Positions 33,982 to 46,206 of a DNA stretch of 58,496 nt are shown one piece after another. This stretch comes from Veleropilina oligotropha (lineage: Eukaryota): positions 248,001-306,496 of the forward strand of contig JBEUKZ010000135.1 in NCBI GenBank assembly GCA_048128005.1, in the 5' to 3' direction. The position numbers and the translations under genes are program-made. Every line of letters starts with the position of its first letter. Position 1 is the first letter of the stretch. Below the pieces are notes generated by a model. The model did not search any database. It was not told the origin of the DNA and saw only the letters and a list, made by a program, of their open reading frames with translations.

Positions 33982-36023
33982 AACTTTATATACTTATTAT
34001 CGTACTAGAGCAAAGTCAATATTCGTACTATGTACCAATTTCACCATTGGAAATGTAAACTTATGGCAATTCTACCCTTTCGCTACAACAGCATCAATTT
34101 TACATATAAATCATCGAAGCCAACATAACACAGCATTCATGTGATAAATACATTTATATCATGATAACATATTAATGCATTTTAAAGATCACTTTTTCAA
34201 AACAACACGACCACATTTTTCCTTTTTATTATATAATATAGGCTATGGAAATGTTAAATAATAGATATATTTTATTTTCCTTTCGTGGTTATAATATAAT
34301 TATATACAATAACATCAAATAATGTATTATTAGGCCTAATGAAGAGCTTCTAGCATCTATATTCTGTATTTCTTGCTAGTCTTGATGGCCTAGAAATAGA
34401 AACAAATAATAATATTAAAATACTATTTAATTAAATAATATTAATATATTAGTTAATAGTTTAATATGGATCAAGAAACCCTTTACTGGTACTGTAATCC
34501 GTGAACATTACTCTATACGCGGGCTCATTGAAAGCGAGGACGTTTTGACTCTGAAAGCGTGGACGTTTTGACTCGCAAAAGCGAGGACGTTTTGGCAAAG
34601 GGACGATTTGACTGGATACCAAAAAAGCTCGCCGGCCGTGTTTTCTCCCGCTCCCAGCTATTACTCTAAATTCTCTTTATTTCAACCTTGCAACTCGAGT
34701 TTTCGGTTGTAAGGTTGCTATAAAGCACTATACTTAACAACCGCTAGGTTGATTTTGTAATATATATTGTTAATTTTGTCTATTTGAATGTTGAAATTTG
34801 TCAAGAGGGTTGTCAACAAACCACTAGCGAGAGTTATCTCCCGTTAGTATTGTTACGAAACAACACTTGTGCGTCGCGAATTTCACCAGCGACACCCTTC
34901 AAATACACTTGTATCTTAATTTTATTATTTATTAGCGGACCGCTAGTTTTATTTTTCTTTATTTCGGGTTTTATTCATCAAACCAGTTGTTTTTGGCGAG
35001 TTTAAACTTAACATCCGGGTTCTACACCCAGCTAGAGGTTTATATTAGGCTTTGCATAGCGCTGAAATCGACATCTAAAGGCTGCCACCTTTGTTCTCTC
35101 GTCGGTGGCCACCGTTTCGTACGAAACAATAGCCGCCTACCAGCAACTTATTTATAGTATTTTGTTGCTTGGCTTTCGAACCTGTTTGTTTAATATAATT
35201 ATTATAAAAGGGGCAGTGGCCTGAATATTATGGCGTCTTCTGTAGCCAGACCACTGTCCCTTCGATTAGACACAAGGCACGATAAGACGGCGGCAGTGGA
35301 CGTGTATCGTGCCTTGAGGGGGGTTATTGTAACAGGCCCCGGCCTTATTAAGGGCCTGATCCATATAAGAAAATATATATGGAACGTCTCTGTGGCCACG
35401 CCGGCCATCAGAGACAAGTTAATATATAGCGGTCTTGCTATCAGCGGGGTTAGCTGCCCGCTACATCCAGTTGATGTAAACCGCGTGCTAATCAACGTCA
35501 GAGTTCCTTTAGAAATCTCTGACGTCGATATTAAGGAGGCCTTTTCGGTCTTTGGGCGGGTAGAGTCTATGGTACGTGAGTACCACGATTTTGACACCAC
35601 GGTCGCCACCGGTGTGAGTAAGGTGTGGATGACGCGAGTCACCCGCACTATTATGAACACCCTATACATCGGTGGTATGTATCTACCCGTCTGGTACAAC
35701 GAACCATCAGATGACCAAATTGATACCGATACTATTATAGAGGACCTTGCTTCGGAAATTGTTGCTGCTGCCACGAAGGGTGGGAGGGCGGAAGCAGCCA
35801 AATTACACCGGCAGACGGAGAGCCCCGAACCACCTGGGCCGCTTCCTCCTTCCAACGATCCAATGGAAAGCGATGAACCATTGGATCGCCAGCACAAACC
35901 GAAACCTGCTATAAAGCCCGTAGTTCCACCGAACAAATAGACAAATTTAAACATAACATTACACACAAATATACTAATACACACCATTAAACCAGCATGT
36001 CAGGCACAATAATACAATGGAAT
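33982..36023 (+). repeat. Direct copy of 1-2328 (next tandem unit), lacking the Helitron and truncated at the ORF2 start
   Basis: Near-identical sequence by direct comparison. Confidence 0.95.
35230..35940 (+). CDS. Chimeric LINE ORF1, copy 2
   Basis: 236 aa, six substitutions relative to copy 1. Confidence 0.8.
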   Translation: MASSVARPLSLRLDTRHDKTAAVDVYRALRGVIVTGPGLIKGLIHIRKYIWNVSVATPAIRDKLIYSGLAISGVSCPLHPVDVNRVLINVRVPLEISDVDIKEAFSVFGRVESMVREYHDFDTTVATGVSKVWMTRVTRTIMNTLYIGGMYLPVWYNEPSDDQIDTDTIIEDLASEIVAAATKGGRAEAAKLHRQTESPEPPGPLPPSNDPMESDEPLDRQHKPKPAIKPVVPPNK

Positions 36024-36059
36024 GTTAATTACTCTTATTTGAGTCTTGTCAAACATACT

Positions 36060-36300
36060 CCCCCCCAGTCGGTTAGGGGTTAGAATATGCCGACTGCTCT
36101 CCCTGCAGAGGGGTAAGATCCCCCAAATGGGAGACACCTGTTTGCCGTGGGTGGCGACCCGTGATGTTGGAGAAGAGGATCCTGGTAGTTGAGCTTCGGC
36201 CTCGGCTGAAGCAACACACTACTTTGGCCTCGGATTCAGCTAGACGGGAGGTCAGATAGGCCCTATCTGATCAATCGGCTTGTCACGTCAAGCCCTGGGA
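36060..36300 (+). other. GC-rich structured fragment resembling an RTE-type 5' UTR or SINE body
   Basis: Stems CAGTCGG/CCGACTG, GGGG/CCCC and TCAGATAGG/CCTATCTGA; the family resemblance is from memory only. Confidence 0.35.
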
Positions 36301-36551
36301 TAATATATTTTAATAATATTACATTTATACATTTCAATCAAAACATTTTATGTAACAGATCATATACCATCAATCGATCTATATCCCAGAAGGCGGTGGC
36401 TGAAGGGTCAATCAAGTGAGTAATGGATGGTGGGATACACATTTCCCACCACTACATTCATTATCTTAAATAGACTTAAATAGAATTTGTTTGGGTTTAG
36501 AAAGTGCATTTCTGCAACTCATATAAAAACCCATTTTGGTAGCTCGGTCAT

Positions 36552-38739
36552 CTATAGCCTTCCCTGTCTCTCAAAGTGCTCATCCAAACGATTTTTAAAT
36601 TGATTTACTGATGTGGACTCCACCACCTTGACAGGAAGGGCATTCCACTCATCTACAACTCGGTTTGAGAAAAAGTATTTTCTAACATCTAGCCTGACCC
36701 TCTTTTTGTAAATCTTGAACTTATGCCCCCTTGTTTTATTATGGTTCAACTGGAAAAAATAACTAATATCAAGATTGTCTTTTCCTGTAAACATTTTAAA
36801 TACTTGAATCATGTCACCTCTTATCCTACGCAACGTTAATGTTGTAAGATCAAGGCTTCTGAGCCTATCCTCATATGTCAACTCTCTGATTTCGCCTACC
36901 AATTTTGTGGCTCTCCTTTGTACTTGTTCCAATAGTTGGATATCCTTTGAGAGGTATGGATTCCATGCTTGCACCGCATATTCTAAATGTGGTCTAACCA
37001 GTTGCTTGTATAAACGTGTTATGATGCCTTTTGACTTAAAAGTAAAATTACGCTTTATCATTCCTAATATTTGGTTTCCCTTTTTAGCTGCTTCGATACA
37101 TTGATTTGATGGTTTCAGTGAATTATCAATCCATACACCCAAATCTTTCTCTTTTGTCACTACTTCTAGGTCATCTCCTCCCATTTTATAACAATATTTT
37201 TTGTTTTTGTGACCCACATGCATTACCTTACATTTGGTTGTATTGAAAAGCATTTGCCAGTCACCGGACCACTTAACCAGATTATTTAGATCGGTCTGAA
37301 GTTTCCTTGCATCTTGTTCAGTTTCTATTATTCTGTAAAGTTTAGTGTCGTCAGCAAACTTTTTCACTAGAGATGTAATAGCGCCATCAATGTCATTCAA
37401 GTAGATTAGAAATAGCAATGGACCCAAGACCGAGCCTTGAGGGACTCCACTTAATACACTCTCCCATTTTGACTTAACCCCATTTACAACAACTCTCTGT
37501 TTTCTATTCTGTAACCACATTTCTATCCACGTTAATATTGGTCCTTTAATACCATGATTACTCAATTTTTGTATTAGTCGTTTATGTGGAACATTATCAA
37601 ATGCTTTTTGAAAATCAAGATATATAATATCTACCGGCTTGCCATGATCTATTGCATTTGTAACATCCTCTAAGAATTCAAGAAGATTTGTTAAACATGA
37701 TCGTTTCTCCATAAATCCATGCTGACTGGTGTTTAACAAGCTATATTTGTTCAAATGGTCTAATATAACATCCTTTAAAATAGATTCCATCATTTTGCCT
37801 ACTATTGATGTTAGACTAACAGGTCGATAATTTTGTGCACTAGAGCGACTTCCCTTTTTAAATTTTCCAATCATCTGGCAATCTTCCTTCGCTAAGTGAT
37901 TTGCTGAATATATTTGCTATTGGCTTCAACAATTCATGCTTTCCGACTTTTAAAAACTTGGAATATATACTATCAGGGCCAGGGGCTTTGTTTATCTTTA
38001 ATAGGTCTATCTTTTTTTCAATCAGTGCAGGAGTAATTTCAACCGATTCACAAAAGTTACCAATGTCTTTAAAAATATCTTTTATTGGGGGCATATTCGC
38101 GGTATCCTCCAATGTATACACGGATGCAAAGTAGTTATTCAAAGATTCTGATATATCCGCATCATCAGTCATTATATTACCCTTTTCATCTTTCAATGGA
38201 CCTACGACATCTTTTGTTTTTTGTTTTGACCTTACATATGCATAAAATGATTTTGGATTTTCCTTGACATTTTTTGCTAAATTTTCTTCAAACATTTTCT
38301 TTGCTGCACGGATTTCTTTTTTACATAATTTCTCACACTCCTTATAATTTTCATGATCTTTGGTTTCTTTTGACTCCCTGTAACGTCTCCAACGTTTATA
38401 TTTTCTTCTTACAGATTTCTTTACCTTTCTCGTTAACCAGGGGGGTGAATTATTTTTGCGTCTGCGTTTTAGTGGAACATTTGCATTCATTATCGCTTCT
38501 ATGTTTTTACGGAATACTTCCCAAGAGTCCCTAGCATCTAGATTATCAAGATCCTGCCAGTTTATGTCTCGAAGATCTGACGTTATTTGGTCGATATTCG
38601 CTTTCCGAAAATCCGGTATTTCTTGCTTGCTTGTTTTAATAATTGTTTTAATATGAAGCTCAAATTCTATTAAATCATGGTCGCTGCTCCCTAATTTCCC
38701 AATTCCATGTATATTTTGCACCATATTTAGTTCACTAGA
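36552..38739 (-). pseudogene. CR1 ORF2, RT portion (frameshift/deletion at ~37860)
   Basis: YRPVSLTS, LDFQKAFD, GVPQGSVLGP, KFADD. Confidence 0.9.
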
Positions 38740-38768
38740 GATGCAGTGACCTAGAATTACTGGAAGGT

Positions 38769-39794
38769 ATGAAGGGTCAGGGTGTAATTAAGGTTACACG
38801 CCTGACAATATTCAAGGATGGCAAGAGAGTGCCAATAAATACCATAATCCTTGACTTCAACCTTCCAGTGCTTCCGAAGTCAATAAAAGCCGGCTACTTA
38901 AACATCCCTGTAGAGCCCTATATACCAAACCCCTTGCGGTGCTTCAAATGCCAGGCATTTGGACACCACAAAGACCGATGCAAGAGAAACCCAGCATGTG
39001 CTCGCTGCAGTGAGGAGGGACATGATTCCGACTCCTGCTCCAAGCAACCATCTTGCTGTAACTGCAAAGGCAGCCATTGTGCATATTCCAAGGACTGCCC
39101 GAAGTGGAAGCATGAGAAAGAGATCCAAAGGGTCAAAACCATCGACCGGATCTCTTTCCCTGATGCCAGGAAACTGGTGGATTCCAGAACTCCTTCGGGT
39201 AGATCGTATGCCGCAATTGCCTCAGCAAAGGAGCAGAAGCCGAACACTCGATCGTCTTCCACGCAAACAGATATCACCTGGCCACATGGCGAACCATTTT
39301 TCAGTACTTTGCCATCAAAAAATAAATTAACAGCACCATCATCATCATCATCATCAACATCAACACAAACATCAATACCCATAAAACCTACTCGCAACTC
39401 GATAAAAGAGACTTCTGCTGTTTCTAAAGCAGCAGTCTCAAGGAGAACAAATATTAAGCCAGACAGACAGCCCAAAGGGTCCGAGGACCCAATTAAGCTG
39501 CACAATCGCTTTGATCAACTGATGGATACCATCGAACCATCAGATGACCAGAGCGATCCTGACACCATCATTAACGACCTTGCCGCTGACATAGTTGCTG
39601 CTGCTACCGAGAAAGGTAGGAAGGCAGCAGCAGCAGCTGTCAAAGTAAAGCTTACCCGAAAGACTAAGGTGGTGGATGATCCACCCCAACCACCACCGGC
39701 TGTCGAAGATCCAATGGATGACGATCAACCATTGGATCAGCCATCGGCAAAGCCAAAACCTGCAAAAAAGCCCGTACTTCCACCAAACAAGTAG
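38769..39794 (+). CDS. LINE ORF1 (gag-like, three zinc knuckles), N-terminally truncated
   Basis: CFKCQAFGHHKDRC, CARCSEEGHDSDSC, CCNCKGSHCAYSKDC. Confidence 0.9.
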   Translation: MKGQGVIKVTRLTIFKDGKRVPINTIILDFNLPVLPKSIKAGYLNIPVEPYIPNPLRCFKCQAFGHHKDRCKRNPACARCSEEGHDSDSCSKQPSCCNCKGSHCAYSKDCPKWKHEKEIQRVKTIDRISFPDARKLVDSRTPSGRSYAAIASAKEQKPNTRSSSTQTDITWPHGEPFFSTLPSKNKLTAPSSSSSSTSTQTSIPIKPTRNSIKETSAVSKAAVSRRTNIKPDRQPKGSEDPIKLHNRFDQLMDTIEPSDDQSDPDTIINDLAADIVAAATEKGRKAAAAAVKVKLTRKTKVVDDPPQPPPAVEDPMDDDQPLDQPSAKPKPAKKPVLPPNK

Positions 39795-39851
39795 TAAATT
39801 AAAGCAAAGCATTATACACAGATTACTATATAAATACACCAACAACACAAC

Positions 39852-42800
39852 ATGACAGGTACAATAATACAATGGAATTGTAGAGGCATTAAACCGAATA
39901 TTGATGAGATCAATTTACTAATACAAGACCACAAACCTATAGCATTTTGTCTCAATGAAACTTACATGAAACCCACAGACAACATACGCTTTAAAGACCA
40001 CTCACTATATAATCACATTGTCACCACAGGTGACAAGGCTACAGGGGGGGTTTCAATCATCATCAACAACAGAACACCACACAGTCAGGTCAACTTAAAC
40101 ACCAACTTACAGGCAGTAGCGGTGAAAATATCGACTCACCGAGTAATAACTATTTGCTCGGTATACTTACCACCTAGCATAAACATACATCCTACTGACC
40201 TTGACGATCTCATCAATCAGCTACCGACCCCATTTGTACTGTGTGGCGATTTTAACGCCCATAGTACTGATTGGGGCGGTACTGACACAGATAAACGGGG
40301 ACATCAAATAGAGGACTTTATTGGGAGACACAATTTGTGCCTATATAATACTACCAAATCGCCAACATACATGCATCCACCTACAGGCTCACTTACCACC
40401 ATTGACCTTACCATGTGCGACCCATCTGCTTTCCTGGACTTTACATGGAAAGTTGGTGAGGACCTCCGCGGAAGCGACCACTTTCCAATTTTCCTGGAAA
40501 GCACAATCAATCAAGCACAAGAACATACAGAAAGGTGGAAACTTCGCAAAGCAGATTGGGAGAAATTCCAATCTCTTTGCGAAGAGCAATTACACTCGCA
40601 TCAATTAACTCATGGCGAAGACCCAATATCAAGTTTCTCTACAACACTACATGACATTGCAACACTATCAATTCCAAAAACCTGTCCAAATGCCAAACAC
40701 AAAAATAAACCTTGGTTTAATGAAGACTGCAGACAAGCAATCAAAGCACGCATACATGCAATTTCAACATTTAAACAGCACCCAACACTACAAAATCTTA
40801 ATAGCTTTAGGCTATTAAGAGCACAAGCCAGACGTACCATCAAGCACAGCAAAAGGGAATCCTGGCATTCCTACGTTACCAAACTAAACTCTCGTTCCAC
40901 TATTAAAAAAACATGGGATATGATCCGTAAAATTAGTGGCAAACATACACCCAACTGCATCAAGCACCTTAAAACAAACACATCAGAAGCAACCACAGCT
41001 AAAGACATTGCAAACACATTGGCAGATACCTTTTCTGCCAATTCATCATCCGACAACTGCACTCCAAAATTCAGCCGTTTTAAGCATCAAAAAGAAAAAA
41101 CAAGGCTCAATTTTCGATCCAACAATACAGAGTCGTACAATCAGCCATTTTCACACAAGGAACTCACAGATTCACTAAACAAGGCACATGACACATCAGT
41201 TGGCCCTGATGACATTCACTATCAATTACTTAAGCACTTACCTGGAACATCACTTACAACTCTGCTTGCAATATTCAATACTATCTGGGAAACTGGAACC
41301 TTCCCTCCCTCGTGGAGGGAAGCTACAATTATCCCAATTGCAAAGGCGGGAAAAGATACATCACATCCCAACAGTTATCGACCCATAGCCTTGACGAGTT
41401 GTATTTGCAAAACCATGGAAAGGATGATAAACGAGAGATTAGTTTGGTACTTAGAATCAAATAATTTACTTACAGAATATCAATGTGGGTTCCGGCGCAA
41501 CCGGAGCACCACAGATCACTTGGTACGTCTGGAAACTTTTGTTCGTGAGGCCTTCCTAAACAGACAACATTTAGTTGCTGTTTTTTTCGATCTAGAGAAG
41601 GCCTACGACACTACTTGGAAGTACGGGATTATGAATGATTTGTTTGATTTTGGTTTAAAGGGCCACTTGCCCAATTTTATTTCGAAATTCCTTGAGGATA
41701 GAAATTTTAAAGTTAAGGTGGGTGACACCCTCTCCGATATCCACGACCAGGAGATGGGTGTCCCTCAAGGAAGTATTTTATCAGTCACCCTATTCAGTAT
41801 TAAAATAAACAGTATCGTCAAATGTATTAGTACTGGCACTGACTGTTCATTGTTTGTTGACGATTTTGGCATTTGCTATCGTTCAACAAATATGAACAGT
41901 ATAGAACGCCAGCTACAACATGGCCTAAATAAATTACAGATATGGTCCGATGAGAATGGATTCAAATTCTCAAAGGACAAAACTAAATGCATGCACTTCT
42001 GCCAGCGTCGTGAAATACATGACGACCCTGTGTTGAAGCTGGATGACTTTGAGATACCAGTGGTAGACGAATTTAAATTTTTAGGCCTCCTATTTGACCG
42101 AAAACTGTCTTTCATACCGCATTTAAAATACATTAAAGCTAAATGTAAAAAAGCTTTAAATATAATGAAAGTAGTTTCTAATACTGAATGGGGTGCTGAT
42201 AAAACAGTTTTATTACGTCTATATAGATCATTAATTAGATCAAAACTTGATTATGGGAGCATAGTATATGGCTCTGCTCGCCATTCATATCTTAAAATGC
42301 TTGATCCAATCCATAATCAAGGGCTTCGACTTGCATTAGGGGCTTTTCGCACATCACCCATGGAGAGCCTCTACGTCGAAGCCAATGAACCATCTCTTAC
42401 ACTCAGACGTGAAAAACTATCACTACAATATGCAATAAAATTAAAATCAAATCCATCTAACCCAGCTTTCGAAACTGTCTATACACCAAATTACGAAAAT
42501 CTATTTCAGGCAAAACCAAACAAAATTGCACCGTTTGGCATCCGCATAAAACCAGCACTAGAAAATGCAGGCATACATGTAGGTCAAATTAAAACAATTC
42601 ACATTCCGGATACTCCACCATGGACACTAAAAGTACCGGTAATTGATCTACAACTTACATCACTCAAACAATCAAACACAGAAACAACAGATTATCTGTC
42701 AAAATTGCACGATCTGAAATTAAAATATTCAGATCGTGCAAGCATATACACAGATGGTTCAAAAGATGCAGAATTAGTAGGAGCAGCCGCTGTCACTGGC

Positions 42801-43535
42801 AGACAATGTTTTCAAAACCGTCTGCCAGGCAGCGCGACTATATATACTGCAGAACTAAAAGCAATCGAGCTTGCTCTTAATTTTATCTCTACAAGTACTA
42901 AACAGCGTTTTATTATCTATTCAGACTCCCTCTCTAGCTTACAAGCACTCAGGGAGATGAATAGAAATGTTATTGTTCAGGAAATTTTATTAAACTATAA
43001 CAACCTTTTACCTGACAATGACATTGTTTTATGCTGGATACCGAGCCATATCGGTATCCAAGGCAATGAGAAGGCTGACCAAGCTGCCAAGGCAGCCTCA
43101 CATTTTAACAATATACTAAATTGTAAACTACCACACTCAGATTTTAAACAAAGCATAAACAAATATATAAATTCTACTTGGCAGCACTCTTGGAGTGAAT
43201 GCACAAGGAATAAACTGCAGAATGTCCAACCTCTTCTTGGTGACTGGGGACCCTCTTGCAGGCCATCTCGACGAGAGGAGGTCGTCTTGGCCAGACTGAG
43301 AATTGGGCATTCCCACTACACTCACTCCTACTTGCTTAAAGGGGAGCCTCCACCTGAGTGTATTCCTTGTGCAACTGCCCTAACAATTAAACATATATTA
43401 TTGGATTGTGTCGATTTGGATCTCGCACGCCAAAGGTATTTTAGGGCAAATTCACTCCAAGAGTTATTTAATCTTAATAAGCTCGAAGCCGTATTTGAAT
43501 TTTTAAAACAGGTAAATATTTTCCATAAGTTATAA
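39852..43535 (+). CDS. LINE ORF2, intact: APE endonuclease, RT, RNase H, zinc knuckle (1227 aa)
   Basis: QWNCRG, GDFNAH, SDHFPI, GVPQGS, FVDD, YTDGSK, GNEKAD, CIPC..HILLDC. Confidence 0.96.
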   Translation: MTGTIIQWNCRGIKPNIDEINLLIQDHKPIAFCLNETYMKPTDNIRFKDHSLYNHIVTTGDKATGGVSIIINNRTPHSQVNLNTNLQAVAVKISTHRVITICSVYLPPSINIHPTDLDDLINQLPTPFVLCGDFNAHSTDWGGTDTDKRGHQIEDFIGRHNLCLYNTTKSPTYMHPPTGSLTTIDLTMCDPSAFLDFTWKVGEDLRGSDHFPIFLESTINQAQEHTERWKLRKADWEKFQSLCEEQLHSHQLTHGEDPISSFSTTLHDIATLSIPKTCPNAKHKNKPWFNEDCRQAIKARIHAISTFKQHPTLQNLNSFRLLRAQARRTIKHSKRESWHSYVTKLNSRSTIKKTWDMIRKISGKHTPNCIKHLKTNTSEATTAKDIANTLADTFSANSSSDNCTPKFSRFKHQKEKTRLNFRSNNTESYNQPFSHKELTDSLNKAHDTSVGPDDIHYQLLKHLPGTSLTTLLAIFNTIWETGTFPPSWREATIIPIAKAGKDTSHPNSYRPIALTSCICKTMERMINERLVWYLESNNLLTEYQCGFRRNRSTTDHLVRLETFVREAFLNRQHLVAVFFDLEKAYDTTWKYGIMNDLFDFGLKGHLPNFISKFLEDRNFKVKVGDTLSDIHDQEMGVPQGSILSVTLFSIKINSIVKCISTGTDCSLFVDDFGICYRSTNMNSIERQLQHGLNKLQIWSDENGFKFSKDKTKCMHFCQRREIHDDPVLKLDDFEIPVVDEFKFLGLLFDRKLSFIPHLKYIKAKCKKALNIMKVVSNTEWGADKTVLLRLYRSLIRSKLDYGSIVYGSARHSYLKMLDPIHNQGLRLALGAFRTSPMESLYVEANEPSLTLRREKLSLQYAIKLKSNPSNPAFETVYTPNYENLFQAKPNKIAPFGIRIKPALENAGIHVGQIKTIHIPDTPPWTLKVPVIDLQLTSLKQSNTETTDYLSKLHDLKLKYSDRASIYTDGSKDAELVGAAAVTGRQCFQNRLPGSATIYTAELKAIELALNFISTSTKQRFIIYSDSLSSLQALREMNRNVIVQEILLNYNNLLPDNDIVLCWIPSHIGIQGNEKADQAAKAASHFNNILNCKLPHSDFKQSINKYINSTWQHSWSECTRNKLQNVQPLLGDWGPSCRPSRREEVVLARLRIGHSHYTHSYLLKGEPPPECIPCATALTIKHILLDCVDLDLARQRYFRANSLQELFNLNKLEAVFEFLKQVNIFHKL

Positions 43536-43876
43536 TTTTATTTATACTTTTATTTCCTTTATGACTAAATTCTACATAAATTTCTTTTATTTCATTATTA
43601 TACTATTTTATTATTATACTCGTTTTTAGCAAACATTTGATCTTATTTTTATCCAAATTTGCATTGTGTTTATTTTACTTGTAAATATATTGAATTGTTT
43701 TTATTATTTATCACATATGTTTTATTGCATTGATATTTTATTACTAAATATATATCTCAACTTTTAACTTTTTATATTAAACTATTGTATAATTAACTTG
43801 ACCGACCCGATTATGACCATTAGTGTCGGCGTGGTCGTTAAACATCAAATCAAATCAAATCAAACAGTTCACTAGA

Positions 43877-44600
43877 AAAAACTAAATCCAAAACATTATC
43901 ACCTCTTGTTGGAAAATCAACATGTTGATGCATAAATCCATTCTGTATCGTTGTAAAAAAATCCTGACCCGCTTTCCCACTTTGCATCGAGTTCCAATTT
44001 ATACCTGGGTAGTTAAAATCCCCCATAATTAACACATTGTATCCGAAAACTTGTTCTAATGTAGTGTATAGGTTAGTATTGTTCTCTTCTGCGCTATTTG
44101 GTGATCTATAAACAATACCCACTACAATGGAATCTTTTTTATTATTACTGGTCATAATTTCACACCAAACTGAATTTTGAAAAGTGTTTATCTTAATATC
44201 ATCACGAGAAACAGCATTTAATCCATCTTTTATGTATAGCAAGACCCCCCCTCCTCTACCGTTTTGAGTATCTCTTCTATCCTCTCTGTACAGCTTATAT
44301 CCCAATAAATTTAACTCTGCGTCTGTTATGTTGATATTTGTCCACGACTCTGTAACTCCTAAAACATCAGGGTCATGAATATCCCTTAGTGTTTCCAATT
44401 CTGCCATCTTATTCATTATACTCTGTGCATTTGTAAATATAACTTTAAGCTGTTTTTTATCTAGGTCTGATTTCTTGTTCTTTTTCTTTTGTGGTCCAGA
44501 AACACGTTTATGTTTATCGGTATTATGATGTACGCTCTTTGCATCATTACGATGAATGTTATCCTGTTCTACTTTGCTGTCACATATTGCTTCACCCTCA
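43877..44600 (-). pseudogene. CR1 ORF2, APE endonuclease portion
   Basis: TNAQSI, GVTESW, GGGVLLY, YRSP, MGDFN, LDLVF. Confidence 0.88.
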
Positions 44601-44610
44601 TCCCCCTTTA

Positions 44611-45735
44611 TTAGTTTAAATGCTCCGTAATTGCTCGATTAATGGCCCTAGCCAACACATCTGCACCCTCCAGTGAAGGGTGCAGACCATCCCGGAAAAA
44701 CCACTCTCGCCTACCCTCAAATTTATCCCACACATCAAAATATCCAAACCCCTCTAAAAGACAATACTCACGTAACCAGTTGTTTACCTGTCGCATCTTT
44801 TCCAACACTCTGCTGGATCCCTTCCGTGGCAACAGCCCACCTACAATAACCTCCCTCTTACCTCGGTCACTCAACTTTGGAAATAATTCCCTGTACTTCC
44901 CCTTCATTTCCTCCAGGCTGTCGGTTTCTGCATTGTTGGTGCCAATGATGACTACTACTGTCCCCTCTCCTGCTGTCAAGTTTTCCGCCCTCAAAGTCAC
45001 GTCCTCGATTCTGGCTCCCGGTAAACAAACCCTTGTCCATCTTTTCCTGTCAACATCACAAAAAGTCTTATCGGTATGCCTAACTATAGAAGACCCTATC
45101 AGTACTGTATTATCCGAAGCCAGGTACTCATCTAAAATTTCCCACCCATCCCCTACTCCATTCATGTCAGCCTCATTCGTAACATTCGTTTCACTTTCAC
45201 ATTTAGCACTGTTTTCATTTTTGTCACTTTCGGGCAACTCATGTACACCTTCAATTAACCCACATCCAACAGACTCCAGACACTCAAACCTGTTACCTGT
45301 CTTTATCGTCGTTACCGGTATTTTCGGCAGCTTTCTCGGAGTCCTCCCATTTTTCACCACTCTCCACAAGGGCTCCGGGTTCGTCTGGCATTCCTCGTCC
45401 GTCACGGTGGTGGTATCTGTTTGCGCTTCCTCGTCATTCCCGGTGATGGCCTCGGTTTGCGCCCCCTCGTGCGTCACGGTGATCGCCTCTGATTGTATTG
45501 CCACGTCGCAACTGTCCCTCGGCACAAAATCCTCCAAAATCTTAATGACCACCATTAGCATTTGACACTTCTCACACACAAAATCAAACACGTCCATACA
45601 TAACCCAGACTCGAACAATTCACTCGTACAGGCGCTATCATACGCGATCCACATCTGACACTTATCGCAAAATATCCATTTGCCCACCAAATCACTCAGC
45701 TTGCATGCAACTATTTGGCTATCCATTCTAAACAA
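44611..45735 (-). CDS. CR1 ORF1: PHD-like finger plus SGNH/GDSL esterase domain
   Basis: WIFCDKCQMW...FVCEKC; IGSSIVR, GTNN, DGLHP. Confidence 0.85.
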   Translation of the reverse strand: MFRMDSQIVACKLSDLVGKWIFCDKCQMWIAYDSACTSELFESGLCMDVFDFVCEKCQMLMVVIKILEDFVPRDSCDVAIQSEAITVTHEGAQTEAITGNDEEAQTDTTTVTDEECQTNPEPLWRVVKNGRTPRKLPKIPVTTIKTGNRFECLESVGCGLIEGVHELPESDKNENSAKCESETNVTNEADMNGVGDGWEILDEYLASDNTVLIGSSIVRHTDKTFCDVDRKRWTRVCLPGARIEDVTLRAENLTAGEGTVVVIIGTNNAETDSLEEMKGKYRELFPKLSDRGKREVIVGGLLPRKGSSRVLEKMRQVNNWLREYCLLEGFGYFDVWDKFEGRREWFFRDGLHPSLEGADVLARAINRAITEHLN

Positions 45736-46033
45736 TTGATATAAAGTTATAAGTAGAGTTGTTTACAAAATTTCAAGATGGCGGCTCTCCAAGTTTCCTA
45801 CCTATCAACAGAAAAAATATCAATTATACAGATGTATTAACAACAACGGACCCAAAACTGTACCAATCAAACAATCAATATATAGTCAAACGGTGTAGAC
45901 TAGTTACACAAAGTGATACCCCTATTCACATTAATACTTAGCCGTTTTCTCGAGTTTTTTGCAGAGCGATTCAAGTTACTTCTTTCGTCTTTCGTCTTAT
46001 CACTGTGTAGGAAAAAGAGTGTTGAATACAGAC

Positions 46034-46206
46034 AACAAGAACCACGGTCCGATATGTCTCGCCCTTTAAATATATATATCCATGTATCAGAAAATTCCAT
46101 TCAATGAAAAACTTTAACCGAAAAAACTTTAACCGAAAATGACACGACGCCGACGCCGGAAAATGTAATCCCTAAGTCTCGCTTTCCCTTCGGGGCGAGA
46201 CAAAAA
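46034..46206 (-). mobile_element. HINE/DINE-1-like element, duplicated copy
   Basis: Inverted match to 17339-17514. Confidence 0.8.

Larger units (their letters stand above)
38740..43865 (+). mobile_element. Young I-group (Nimb-like) LINE, 5'-truncated within ORF1
   Basis: 11-bp TSD AGTTCACTAGA (38729-38739 and 43866-43876); (AAATC)n tail. Confidence 0.95.
36465..46000 (-). mobile_element. CR1-clade LINE, near full length, split by an I-group LINE
   Basis: PHD plus esterase ORF1; APE-RT ORF2 with CR1-type tail (RGDMIQVFK, TRGH, FFSNRVVDEWN); short (TCTATTTAAG)2 3' tail. Confidence 0.88.
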
